This document shows, in pieces, positions 33,638 through 43,404 of a DNA stretch of 64,000 nt. Position 1 is the stretch's first letter, and every line of letters starts with the position of its first letter. A program made the translations under genes and the position numbers. The notes beneath the pieces were generated by a model. The model had not been told where the DNA came from. It was given only the letters and a program-made list of their open reading frames with translations, and ran no database searches. Source of the stretch: Trueperaceae bacterium (lineage in GTDB: Bacteria > Deinococcota > Deinococci > Deinococcales > Trueperaceae); contig CBDCDZ010000004.1 of NCBI GenBank assembly GCA_965215565.1, forward strand, positions 3,360,001-3,424,000. The letters are read 5' to 3'.

Positions 33638-34259
33638 ATGAATTCCCCTTTCAAAGCTCTAAATCTAACTAGGTCTGTTGCAAACAGTGAGATGCGTTTC
33701 TGAGATGCCCCCGCCTGCGTGTGCACTCTAAGGCACCTCGCTCAATGCGAAAAATACCACAGACCGCAAACAAAGCCCAGTATAGCGTTTCGTTCTGTAA
33801 GAGGTATTGGGTTGAGGCTCGAGCTAAGTGCTTGCAGGTGGATTCGGTTGAATTGCCCTGCAATTTGCAAAAGAGAGAATTAGTGGACGGTTTCACAGCG
33901 GTCAACAGAGAATTGCAATAGCCAACCAGTATCAACTTCTCAATAAGCTGTACTTGTTTCTTTCTATAGCGTAGTAGCATCACGCAGCCACAACTCCTCT
34001 TTTGAAGACGCTAAGTCTTTGCTGACTATGATGGTAATTCTCGTAAGGCTTACGTCTGCAATACATCAAGTGGCTTTGCTGCGCCAATAGGCAACGGCGG
34101 GTAAATTTTTGAAGAACCATTCGAGGAACACGTGATTCTTCAATCATATGTTCCGTCTCTGTTACACACAAATGGCGGTCGACCAATCGAGCATTAGTTT
34201 CACTTGAACACGCATTTTGAATTACAGTACAAGAGTCCAACTACTATAGGTAAAACGTC

Positions 34260-34856
34260 ATGATAGGACGAACAGTAAGAAATGTTGAACGCTTCGTTCA
34301 ACGCCGTTTGAGTGGTTCCTCTTCCATAAAGGAACTGCTTTCACCTGTGGAGCCGCAGGTGGACCGTCTCACCCTCTTATGGGCTGAGGAGTACCTGGAG
34401 CACCGCTACGTCGGTTCCCAGGCCTCCCTCATCAGTCTGTCATACAGATTGGCGGTCGCAATGGTCGTATCCACGGTTTTCATAGCAGTATGCGTTGCCG
34501 TGACATACGTACTAAAGAAAACCGGTATCGTCGATACTGTCACGTTATCGGCCCTTGTGCCGATCATCGTGACATTTGTCGGCGGTCCAACGATCTGGGT
34601 GTTGCTGTCAATCAACAATCGAGTTGATGCAGCGAACAAAACCTTGGATCGTGAGGAAAAGGTATTTAAGGAGCGCCTCAACGACGCTATTACTTACAGT
34701 ACACGTGTTGAGGAACTTCATAAATATTTCTTCCGCAAGTACCCCGCTTTCCGCACATTACCGTGCGCTGATAAGCTGGACTTGCTGCGCCTCTTTTACC
34801 GAGAGGAGATCGCCTTTGCGATCTACCTCGGTATAAAGCAGCGTCTAAAAAAATGA
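34260..34856 (+). CDS. Orphan membrane protein with 2 TM helices and a coiled segment
   Basis: 198-aa ORF in an AT-richer region; terminator-like hairpin at about 34878-34912. Confidence 0.55.
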   Translation: MIGRTVRNVERFVQRRLSGSSSIKELLSPVEPQVDRLTLLWAEEYLEHRYVGSQASLISLSYRLAVAMVVSTVFIAVCVAVTYVLKKTGIVDTVTLSALVPIIVTFVGGPTIWVLLSINNRVDAANKTLDREEKVFKERLNDAITYSTRVEELHKYFFRKYPAFRTLPCADKLDLLRLFYREEIAFAIYLGIKQRLKK

Positions 34857-35000
34857 TACGCCCACCGGCAGTATCAAAGGAACGTGAGCTTACCGCTTGC
34901 GTTCTTTCCTTTGGTAAGTATCTAGGCTTAACTTGTCGTTCGTAGCTGGAACTCCGCTACAATGAGCTTGGCCGTGTACATCATTATGGAGAACATCACC

Positions 35001-35183
35001 ATGCGCCGACAACTTAGATATCTGCTTGGAATGACCCTATTGCTTGGGGCAATCGTAGCCTTCATTGCTGGATTAGCCAGCGTTTTGGGCACAAGTCCCG
35101 TTACTGAGAAGAGCCTGATTTTATTCGCCGGAGGTTCTGTCTCTGGGTTCATCGGCGCGATTTTAGCGCTTAGGTCTAGCTAG
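35001..35183 (+). CDS. Small 2-TM protein
   Basis: GGAG before ATG 35001; two hydrophobic helices. Confidence 0.55.
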   Translation: MRRQLRYLLGMTLLLGAIVAFIAGLASVLGTSPVTEKSLILFAGGSVSGFIGAILALRSS

Positions 35184-35332
35184 CCCTCTGAGCAGTTGAA
35201 GACTATTTTTTCCGAATAGTCCTCAAACACCCATAAATTTACGTTTATGGGTGTTCTTTTGGCTTGTGTCTCGACAGTCAGTGCAACTGCATGGAGTAGC
35301 GTTTCGAAAAGATTTACTCATGTCTGCAAAGA

Positions 35333-35359
35333 CTCGAGCCACCGCTCGAGTTCTTTTTT
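35333..35359 (+). repeat. Twin-CTCGAG hairpin with T-tract, copy 1
   Basis: CTCGAGC-cacc-GCTCGAG-TTCTTTTTT. Confidence 0.75.
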
Positions 35360-35460
35360 ACCTTCTGTTATTTGATGCTGATGACCTGCTACAGGCGTGC
35401 TACCTTGTAAAGCGTAGGCGCATTCTGCCTACACTGTTGTTTACAAGAGAATAGAAAGGT

Positions 35461-35748
35461 ATGGAAGAAAACAAACTTGCTCCCGGTGAGGAGTTTTATC
35501 AACTTTGTGCGGAGGCGAAAGCTTACCTCGAGCTTCCCAGGGACGCATCGGTGATTTGGCAAGCAGAGGAGCTAAAGGAAATGCTTCTCGAGCTGGCTAA
35601 ACGCGAAGAATTCGAGCGTCCTGCCGCAGAATACGCGGCGGCTGAGGGAGATAAAACATCCGTGCTGGAGCGAAAGGTTGCCTCAGTCGCTCGGACAAAC
35701 CGAGAAGAGGCGATCAAGGTGATAGCCTCCATCTTTGGATACGGCTAA
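35461..35748 (+). CDS. Hypothetical protein, 95 aa
   Basis: GAAAGG before ATG; helical composition; terminator immediately downstream. Confidence 0.65.
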   Translation: MEENKLAPGEEFYQLCAEAKAYLELPRDASVIWQAEELKEMLLELAKREEFERPAAEYAAAEGDKTSVLERKVASVARTNREEAIKVIASIFGYG

Positions 35749-35760
35749 CCTCTTATTAGG

Positions 35761-35789
35761 CTCGAGCCACCCGCTCGAGTCTTTTCTTT
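35761..35789 (+). terminator. Twin-CTCGAG hairpin with T-tract, copy 2
   Basis: CTCGAGC-caccc-GCTCGAG-TCTTTTCTTT. Confidence 0.75.
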
Positions 35790-35900
35790 ATTAGGGTGGA
35801 CTCGAGCTTCACCCCTCCAAACGAGTGAAAAACCCTCTAAAAGACCTCTTTCGTCGCTGCATCTGTGTTTTTTACCGCCGTGCGCGTTAGACTAAGTACA

Positions 35901-38315
35901 ATGAGTGATTTAGACCGGGAGCAACTTTTCTCCTTTTTCAAAGACCATCCTGAAAAACCCTGGCACGTCCAGGATATTCAGAAACGACTTAAACTGAGTG
36001 ACCGCAGCGACTTGCGCCGCGAGTTGACGACGCTCGTGGACGAGGGCAAACTCGTCAAGACGCGGCGGCGCACCTACGGGCTGCCCCAAGAGATGAACCT
36101 CATGTTGGGGCGCTTGCAGGTCACGGCGGGCGGCTACGGCTTCGTGATTTCTGACGCTGAGGGCGAGAAGGACCTCTTTATTCCGGCGGACAGCCTGAAC
36201 GGCGCGTGGGACGGCGACAGGGTGATGGCGCGTCCCAATTCGCAAGGTGATAGTAATGGACGCGATAACGGGCGCGTGTCAGGTGAAATCGTGCGCATCT
36301 TGGCGCGTAAGCACGACCTCGTGGTGGGCAGCTTGGAGTATTCGCGCGGCTACGCGATTTTGCGTCCCGACTCGCCCCGGCTGCGCGAGCGCATCCTCTT
36401 GATGCCCGACTCGGTAGGGAAGTTAGAGGCGGGCACGCGCATCGTCGCCAAGATTGTCTGGCCCGAAGATTCCGGCGAACGCGACCCCTTCGGTGAGGTT
36501 GAAGAGGCGCTGGGCGAAGGGGACGACCCCGAAGTCGAGACCCGCGCTGTTATCGTCAAGTACGACCTCAAAGACGAGTTCGATCCTAAAACCATCGCCG
36601 AGGCGGACGCCGTGCCCGAGACCGTCTCCGGTGAGATGATCGCCGGGCGCACCGACATGCGCGGTATCAATACCTTTACAATTGACGGCGAGGACGCTAA
36701 AGACTTCGACGACGCGATTTCGTTGGAGCGCATCGGCGGACGTAACGGACACTTGCGCGTCGGTATCCACATTGCGGACGTGTCGTACTACGTTGCGGAA
36801 GGCACCAGCTTAGACCGCGAGGCGTTCGAGCGGGCGACGAGCGTGTATCTGCCCGGTAAGGTCTTGCCGATGCTACCCGAAGCGCTTTCGAACGGGATTT
36901 GTTCGCTCGTGGAGGGTGAGGCGCGTTTGGCGCTCTCAGTTTTGGTGGATATCTCCAGAGAGGGCGACATCAAAGGGATGAAGGTCAAAGAGACCGTGAT
37001 TTCATCCGACGCGCGGCTCACGTATGACCAAGTGCAGGCCTTTGCCGACGACGAGCGGCTGCCGCACGGTAAGCGCAAGTTAGAGCGCGACATCAAGCAA
37101 CTCATTAAGCTCACGCAAACTTTGCGGGAGAAGCGGCTCGCGAACGGCGCGCTCGACTTCCAGTTCACCGAAGCGAAAGTGGACGTGGACGACGAGGGCG
37201 AACTGCACGTCACGCCTGTGCGCCCGAACCAGGCGCGGCAGCTCATCGAAGAGCTGATGCTCTTAGCGAACCGCCTCGTGGCGCAAGAGCTGTCCTCCAA
37301 AGACATTCCCGCGTTGTACCGCGTCCACGAAGACCCCAGCGACGCCAAGATTCAAGCGCTCCAGGGCAGCTTGGGCAAGTTGGGCTACGAGATCGACATG
37401 GAACACGCCGGACCACAAGATTTGCAAAACATCATCCGCCAAGCCGCAGGCAAGCCCGAGGCGCAACTCGTCAACACGCTCCTGCTGCGCTCCTTAAAGC
37501 AAGCCCGCTACAGCGCGGATAACTTGGGGCACTTCGGCTTAGCGTTCGAGCACTACCTGCATTTCACCTCGCCGATCCGCCGCTACCCCGACCTAGTTGT
37601 GCACCGCGTCCTGCGCGCCATGCTCCAGCACCGCCTCTCACCGACCTTGAAAGAGCGCATGAAGAGTGACTTTCCCGCTCTAGGTGAGCACACCAGCGAG
37701 CGTGAGCGCGTCGCCGAAGACGCCGAGCGCGACCTCACACGCTATTACCACGCGAAGTGGGCGAAAGAGCACCGGGGCGAGACTTTTAACGGGACGATTA
37801 CGGGCGTGACCAACTTCGGGTTGTTCGTCGGGATGCCCAACGGGGTCGAGGGGCTCTTGCACGTCTCGCAGTTGGACGATGACTACTACATGTATATCGA
37901 GGACGCAATGATGCTCACCGGTAAGTCCACGAAGAAGAAGTTCCGGCTCGGCAACCGCATCGACGTGAAGATTTTGAGCGCCAACCCGACGATTCGCCAG
38001 ATCGACTTAGGACCGGACTACGCCGAGCTGCCCGACGAGGAAGAGGAGCAGACGAAGCGTCCGCAGCGTCCGCCCAAAACCCTCAAGACGCCCCTCTCGG
38101 CGTCACCCATCGAGTCGAAAGAGGCAGAGCGGAGTGCCGGGGCGATTCGCCAAGACAAGCGAGCGGACGCTGTACCTGAGATGGAGCAGGAGACGAGCAC
38201 GCCCGAGCCGACGGAACAGGTTGCGCCCGAAGCGTCTGTGCAGGACCAAGTCTCACTCGCCATCCCTAAACGCAAACGCCGCATCCTCGTCTTCGGAGAC
38301 CCCACGAGGCGCTAA
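35901..38315 (+). CDS. rnr: Ribonuclease R
   Basis: N-terminal HTH, GYGFV, TIDGEDAKDFDDA, HFTSPIRRYPDL, S1 domain. TAGACT lies 7 nt before ATG 35901 (leaderless pattern). Confidence 0.96.
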   Translation: MSDLDREQLFSFFKDHPEKPWHVQDIQKRLKLSDRSDLRRELTTLVDEGKLVKTRRRTYGLPQEMNLMLGRLQVTAGGYGFVISDAEGEKDLFIPADSLNGAWDGDRVMARPNSQGDSNGRDNGRVSGEIVRILARKHDLVVGSLEYSRGYAILRPDSPRLRERILLMPDSVGKLEAGTRIVAKIVWPEDSGERDPFGEVEEALGEGDDPEVETRAVIVKYDLKDEFDPKTIAEADAVPETVSGEMIAGRTDMRGINTFTIDGEDAKDFDDAISLERIGGRNGHLRVGIHIADVSYYVAEGTSLDREAFERATSVYLPGKVLPMLPEALSNGICSLVEGEARLALSVLVDISREGDIKGMKVKETVISSDARLTYDQVQAFADDERLPHGKRKLERDIKQLIKLTQTLREKRLANGALDFQFTEAKVDVDDEGELHVTPVRPNQARQLIEELMLLANRLVAQELSSKDIPALYRVHEDPSDAKIQALQGSLGKLGYEIDMEHAGPQDLQNIIRQAAGKPEAQLVNTLLLRSLKQARYSADNLGHFGLAFEHYLHFTSPIRRYPDLVVHRVLRAMLQHRLSPTLKERMKSDFPALGEHTSERERVAEDAERDLTRYYHAKWAKEHRGETFNGTITGVTNFGLFVGMPNGVEGLLHVSQLDDDYYMYIEDAMMLTGKSTKKKFRLGNRIDVKILSANPTIRQIDLGPDYAELPDEEEEQTKRPQRPPKTLKTPLSASPIESKEAERSAGAIRQDKRADAVPEMEQETSTPEPTEQVAPEASVQDQVSLAIPKRKRRILVFGDPTRR

Positions 38316-38318
38316 GGG

Positions 38319-38510
38319 ATGCGTCAACAAGTCCGTTGCGCCCACTGCGGCGAAGTCTTCCCGGTTGAAGAGGTCAGAGATGTGGACGTACGGTGCCCTC
38401 ACTGCGCTCACATCGGTAAACCCGCAGGTGTAATGCGCACGCCTGACTTCCCAAGTTTGGATACCTTTACGCGGAGCGTGAAAAGGTCATTGGAGTTAGA
38501 AGAGGAATAA
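38319..38510 (+). CDS. Small zinc-ribbon protein
   Basis: CAHC...CPHC; starts 3 nt after the rnr stop. Confidence 0.7.
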   Translation: MRQQVRCAHCGEVFPVEEVRDVDVRCPHCAHIGKPAGVMRTPDFPSLDTFTRSVKRSLELEEE

Positions 38511-38845
38511 TCCACATTTTTAGAGGAGGGTTTGGGGTAGCGCCTGAGTCCTCTTCTTCGTTGAGAGACGGGTGTGAACGGCTCGAGGTGTGAAAAATCC
38601 CCTAAGAAACGCGCTTCTCGAGTCTTAACGTTTTGCCTTTATCCTTTAGCCACGTCTCACCCAAACTTCACAAACTCCCTAGAAAATCTACAGCGAAACC
38701 TCACCCCCCACGCACGTCAGTCTGATACACTTGGAGCAACACCACCCGCAGCTCCCAACGATGAGGAGCGCGATTCTGCTGACGCTCGCGGCGAGCCGCT
38801 AGGCTGCGCTGCTCACGCATTTTATTGTCTTTTAGGGGAGCCCTC

Positions 38846-40234
38846 ATGCCGGATGATTTTACCTACCCTCTCACCCGCGTTTGCCTGCGTTCGGGACAGC
38901 TCACCCTCCCCCAAAACATGCTCCACCTCTTTCCCGACGAGGGCACCGTTCACGCCGTGGACACGAGCACCGGTGGCGAGTTCGAGTTGACCATGCGTAC
39001 GGCTCGGCACGTGGCGGGGCTCTCTGGCTTTTTCGAGACGCACAACTTGGACGTGAACGACAGAGTCACGCTCAAGCGTTTGGAGGATGGGCGCGTCTCT
39101 TTAACCCCCCTAGCTCGCCCTAAAAAGACCGACTACGCCCGCCCCGAAGTGGTGCGAGCCTTCTTAGATAAGGTCATCGAACTCGCTCCTCTCTCCGAAG
39201 CGGAGATTCGTGACGTCGCGCCCGACTTGCCCGCCGAGTTTGAGCTTAGGGAACTTTTGGAGTCCGACGAACGTCTCGCCCTCAACCAAGAGGGACGCTG
39301 GGGACTCTCGGACGAGGAACAGGGGAGGGAGCCGGGCGCAGACCTGGGCGTAGAAACGGCGCGTCCGGCGAACCGCCCTACGGTCACCTCTTACGCGCAA
39401 GATAGGGGATTGGAGAACCTCTCGCTCAACTCGGCTGCGCAAGGCCTAGGCGACGCCACCCTCTTCACCCGCGCTCGCCACGCCCTGCAAGCTTTCGGCT
39501 TCCGCGTCGAAGCCACGCCCCACGCGCAGCTTTTGGCGCACGCCGAACTAGGCAGACATCGTTACAGCACCCTCATCCACCTCCACAGCGAAGGCAGCAA
39601 ACCCGATTGGAACAAGCTCTTAACGCGCCGCCGCGAAGCGGGCGCAACCTACCTGGCGATTTTCGGGTCACACCGCGAGTTGCAGCGCCTGCAAAAGCAC
39701 GCCGCCCAAGCAAAGGCGACGCTCTGGTCATGGCAGGGGTTGACCAAGGCGCAAGACCTCTTGCAAAGCGTACCGATGAGCCCTTTTGACTTGGAGCCGC
39801 ATTTCGCTCGTGACGGACTTTTCGAAGCAGGGCTCACCCGCTTCGAGCGCACTGTGCAGAAACGCATCACCGAGCGCGGTCACTTCTCGCTCGTCTTGTC
39901 CCAGTTGGCGACGATGAGAGCGCCCACGGTCTTTCTTCTCGACGACGTATTGACCGGCGCGCATTTTCCTAGAGACCAAGCGCTGAGCGTTTTAGAGGGG
40001 CTCGCACAAGCCCCCTTTCACATGGTCAGCAAGGTTGGCAGCGGCGAGTTCTGCCTGCGCGTGAACGTGCCCGAGACCTTGACGCACCTCTCCGACTACG
40101 CCCTGTCGCTCCGCGAACGCTTGCCCGCCAAGCGCACCGAGCGGCTGCGAGGCACAGGGGAAGAGACTGGGGAAAGAGAGGCTGAGACCGCAGGGAAAAA
40201 AGAGGTTGCGGAGGATAGAAGTTCATCGGTTTGA
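38846..40234 (+). CDS. Conserved hypothetical multidomain protein, possibly nucleic-acid binding
   Basis: GGGGAG before ATG 38846; long ORF with host-like codon usage. Confidence 0.75.
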   Translation: MPDDFTYPLTRVCLRSGQLTLPQNMLHLFPDEGTVHAVDTSTGGEFELTMRTARHVAGLSGFFETHNLDVNDRVTLKRLEDGRVSLTPLARPKKTDYARPEVVRAFLDKVIELAPLSEAEIRDVAPDLPAEFELRELLESDERLALNQEGRWGLSDEEQGREPGADLGVETARPANRPTVTSYAQDRGLENLSLNSAAQGLGDATLFTRARHALQAFGFRVEATPHAQLLAHAELGRHRYSTLIHLHSEGSKPDWNKLLTRRREAGATYLAIFGSHRELQRLQKHAAQAKATLWSWQGLTKAQDLLQSVPMSPFDLEPHFARDGLFEAGLTRFERTVQKRITERGHFSLVLSQLATMRAPTVFLLDDVLTGAHFPRDQALSVLEGLAQAPFHMVSKVGSGEFCLRVNVPETLTHLSDYALSLRERLPAKRTERLRGTGEETGEREAETAGKKEVAEDRSSSV

Positions 40235-40279
40235 GGAGCGAACCTCGCAGTTTCAACCTCACCTACTGCATTCGTACTC

Positions 40280-40408
40280 ATAGCAGGTTACTTCGTATAG
40301 CTTCGCTCAATCATCTGATCTGAGACACCTCGTACGGAGCGACGTCTAGTACGCACGTTCGGCAATGATACCTGCGCTCATCCGTCTCAGTATGTTCTGG
40401 AACTGCTG
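40280..40408 (+). mobile_element. MITE-like dispersed repeat copy
   Basis: ATAGCAGGT...CCTGCGCTCATCCGTCTCAGTATGTTCTGGAACTGCT; homologous to 45166-45374 and 53609-53742. Confidence 0.75.
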
Positions 40409-40418
40409 AGGAAGAGGT

Positions 40419-41507
40419 TCAACGGTACTCGGGGCGCAAAGTGAAGGTTTTCAGGCTATCAACCTCTAGCTTTCCTCCGTGAAACTCGAGCCCCTCCTCC
40501 ACCACGTCCTCGCGCAGTTTCAAGGGAAAACTCAACTCGCTCGGGTAGTCCACGCCCGCCTGACTCGCAAACAGCGCAGCCTGCCGCGTACCTAATCCGC
40601 TGCTCGCCTGCGAGCCTACCATCACCCCTTTACCTGCCTCTCTCGCGAGCGCCAGCATCTCAGCGGACTCCGTGAAGCCCGTCCGGGCGGGCTTGATGTT
40701 CAAGATATCGAACGTGCCTAACGCCACCTCTCTGCGCAAATCGCGCAAGCTGAAGCACGAATCGTCCGCGATGATAGGGAGAATTTGCGCGGCGCGGAGG
40801 CTCGCTCGCGCCTTTACAAGCTCGGCGGGCAGCGGCTCCTCGATGTAAGCGACGCCCAACTCGGCTAACCGCTCCAAATCCTGCGCCGCCGTGTCCGGCG
40901 ACAAGCCCTCGTTCGCGTCGGCGTAGAGGATGACCTCTTCCCCTGAGAATTCATCTCGCAACGCCCGGACAAGGTGCTCGTCGGACCTCTTGTCGCGCCC
41001 GACTTTGACCTTGAAGACGCGCACGCCCTGCTCAAAAACCCACCGCGCCTCCGCCAATGCTGTGTCGATGTCGGCGATACCTAAGATGAAACTCGAGCGG
41101 ATAGACCCCTTAGGACCGCGCCACGCCTCGAAGAGCGTCTGACCTCTCCCCTTCGCTCTCGCGTCGTGAAGGGCGATGTCGAGCGCGCCCCGCGCCGTGT
41201 GGTTGTTCGCTGCTGAACGCAGCGCGTTCCAGATGCCCGCTTCGTCGTCTAGGGAGAGGCCGGTGAGACGGGGCTCCAGCCACGCCACGATGCTCTGCAC
41301 GCTCGCCACCGTCTCGCCGTAGATCGTTGGGCGGACGGGCGCTTCGGCGACGCCAACCACCTCTTGCGCCTCATCTCCCACACGAACCCTGACGAGAACG
41401 TGCTCTAAAGCGCGCAACTCGCTCCCCTTGCCCCAGCTCAGCGTCCCCTTCATCGGGAGGCTAAAAGGATGCGCGCTGACACCCATAATGACCGCCACTA
41501 CAGCCAC
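40419..41507 (-). CDS. Enolase superfamily enzyme (muconate lactonising enzyme/dipeptide epimerase subgroup)
   Basis: KVK, YADAN, IEEP, ADDS, NIKP catalytic and metal-binding motifs. Confidence 0.88.
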   Translation of the reverse strand: MAVVAVIMGVSAHPFSLPMKGTLSWGKGSELRALEHVLVRVRVGDEAQEVVGVAEAPVRPTIYGETVASVQSIVAWLEPRLTGLSLDDEAGIWNALRSAANNHTARGALDIALHDARAKGRGQTLFEAWRGPKGSIRSSFILGIADIDTALAEARWVFEQGVRVFKVKVGRDKRSDEHLVRALRDEFSGEEVILYADANEGLSPDTAAQDLERLAELGVAYIEEPLPAELVKARASLRAAQILPIIADDSCFSLRDLRREVALGTFDILNIKPARTGFTESAEMLALAREAGKGVMVGSQASSGLGTRQAALFASQAGVDYPSELSFPLKLREDVVEEGLEFHGGKLEVDSLKTFTLRPEYR

Positions 41508-42223
41508 CGTTCGATTCGCGTAGCCACCTCGTCCACGGGCACTTCGCTCGTGTCGATGTAGAGGAGCCTCGAGTCGTCCAAAGCAGCGCGCAGGTACGCT
41601 AGCGCCGCGCCCGCGTCGTAGTTTTGCTGCTCCGCCACGATGATCTGTACGGCGTTTAGTAACGTCTGGTCATCCACGCCCGCCGCCTCCAAGCGCCCGA
41701 CTTCGTGGAGGTCAAACACGTCCTCTACGCCGCGAACCGCGAGGAGCTTTTCGGCGAAAGAGGTGCCGAGCCTCGAGGCTGGAACCCGGTTTGAAAGCCT
41801 GTCAAAAGCGTCTACCCGCCCGATCAGCCGCTTCAAACGAACTATATTTGGCGCGTCGAGAAAGATGAAACGTGAACGTACGAAGGTTTCCACCGCATAC
41901 TCAACCTCTTCCGCACCGCGCGCGTTGTCGAAGAGAAGAGGTCCTCGCGAGGAGGCTTCCTCCAAATACGTCTGCAAGGCGTGAACCATCCCGCCAGGGT
42001 ACTTCTGCCGGTAGCGTTTGGTGAACTCGAAGCGTTCTAGCCTGTCCTTCACCGGACGCTCGGGTTGAAGCGCCTGGCGCTGCATCTCGGGGATGATAAT
42101 TGTGTCCGCGAGTTCGCGGCGGTTGGGCAAGAGCGTGAGGTCCGAACGCCGCAGCGCCCCTAGCGTCGTGCTCTTCCCTACGCCCGTGAGCCCGACGATG
42201 AAGGTGATGTCGGCAGCGCTCAC
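41498..42223 (-). CDS. P-loop NTPase, nucleotide-kinase-like
   Basis: N-terminal GLTGVGKST, LLFDNARG, FLDAP...RLKRL..R, IDT. Confidence 0.8.
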   Translation of the reverse strand: MSAADITFIVGLTGVGKSTTLGALRRSDLTLLPNRRELADTIIIPEMQRQALQPERPVKDRLERFEFTKRYRQKYPGGMVHALQTYLEEASSRGPLLFDNARGAEEVEYAVETFVRSRFIFLDAPNIVRLKRLIGRVDAFDRLSNRVPASRLGTSFAEKLLAVRGVEDVFDLHEVGRLEAAGVDDQTLLNAVQIIVAEQQNYDAGAALAYLRAALDDSRLLYIDTSEVPVDEVATRIERWL

Positions 42224-43404
42224 GCCGTTTGGAGTTCGCTCAAGCGCCGCCCCGCCTCAGCGATCGCCTCGTCCGACTTACAGAAGGCGAAGCGCACGAG
42301 ATGTCTCGCCAAAGGCTTGTGCTCGGGCGCATAGAACGCGCTCGGCGGAATCGCGCCGACGCCCGCGTCTTTGGGCAGATTTTCACAGAGCGCCACGTCG
42401 TTTTCGTAAGGCAGCGCGGCGCTGTCCGCCATCACGAAATAGCCCCCCTCGGGGACGAGCGGTTTGAAGGGCGTCTTTTGGAGCGCGCTGACGAGCGAGT
42501 CGCGCTTCTTGCGGTAGAGGGACTCGAGCCCCGCATAATACCCTTCGTCCGCCCGCCGCAAAATTTCCGCCGAGGCGATCTGCAGGGGCGTCGCGACGGT
42601 AAAGGGTATCCACTGGTGCGCGGTGCGCAGCGCGCGGACCAGCGGCTCCGGCCCTGTCGCCCAGCCCACTTTCCAGCCCGTGACCGAAAAGGTCTTGCCG
42701 ATGGACGAGACCGTGAGTGTGCGCTCCCAGCCACCCGGTCTGCTCGCGATAGAGACGTGCGGCGCGAAGGTGATGTGCTCGTAGACCTCATCGCTGAGAA
42801 TCACGGCGTTATATGCGTGCGCAAGCTTGATAATCGCGCCGAGTTCGTCTTCGCTGAAGACCTTACCTGTCGGGTTGTGCGGCGTGTTGAGCACAATCAC
42901 CCTTGTCTTGGGGGAGAAGGCGCGCGTCAGCTCGCCCAAGTCGAGGAGCCATTTTCCATCCTCTTGTGGCTCGAGCGGCACGTATCTCGGCACGCCGCCC
43001 GCCATCAGCACGTCGGCGGGGTAGGCGTCGTAGAAGGGCTCGATGAGGATGACCTCATCGCCGGGGTCGACGAGCGCTTGCATGGCGGCGTAGAGCGCTT
43101 CAGTCGCGCCTACGGTGATCTGGACGTTCTCAACGGGAATGACCTCTCGCTCTAATCGCGCTGTCATCCTCTCGGCGACGACTTCGGAAAGAACGGGCAT
43201 TCCAGGTAGCGGGGGGTACTGCTGGTACGCGCCCGCGCTCTCCCTGAGCGCCTCTAGCGCAAAGTCCGGCGGGTCAAAGTCGGGGAAGCCCTGCCCCAAG
43301 TTGACCGCGCCGTGCTCCTGGGCGAGCCGCGTATAGTGAGCGAAGACGGTCTCGCCGAACGTCGCGATGCGTCGGCTGCCTACGGTGTGAAGCGTCTGGG
43401 TCAT
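42220..43404 (-). CDS. PLP-dependent aminotransferase class I/II (YbdL/kynurenine aminotransferase-like)
   Basis: NLGQGFPDF, NTPHNPTG, SDEVY, S.GKTFSVTGWKVG. Confidence 0.93.
   Translation of the reverse strand: MTQTLHTVGSRRIATFGETVFAHYTRLAQEHGAVNLGQGFPDFDPPDFALEALRESAGAYQQYPPLPGMPVLSEVVAERMTARLEREVIPVENVQITVGATEALYAAMQALVDPGDEVILIEPFYDAYPADVLMAGGVPRYVPLEPQEDGKWLLDLGELTRAFSPKTRVIVLNTPHNPTGKVFSEDELGAIIKLAHAYNAVILSDEVYEHITFAPHVSIASRPGGWERTLTVSSIGKTFSVTGWKVGWATGPEPLVRALRTAHQWIPFTVATPLQIASAEILRRADEGYYAGLESLYRKKRDSLVSALQKTPFKPLVPEGGYFVMADSAALPYENDVALCENLPKDAGVGAIPPSAFYAPEHKPLARHLVRFAFCKSDEAIAEAGRRLSELQTA

Noticed and set aside
32892..33641. Pro/Ala-rich plus-strand ORFs (249 aa, 117 aa)
   Set aside because: Antisense shadows of the Gly/Ala/Thr repeat lipoprotein.
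34260..35800. Integron cassette array
   Set aside because: No integrase and no repeated attC-like RYYYAAC/GTTRRRY-bounded sites; the spacers look like terminators.
38760..38820. GAGGAGCGC resembling an SAH riboswitch core
   Set aside because: The rest of the consensus is not evident and the downstream gene is not an SAH or methionine gene.
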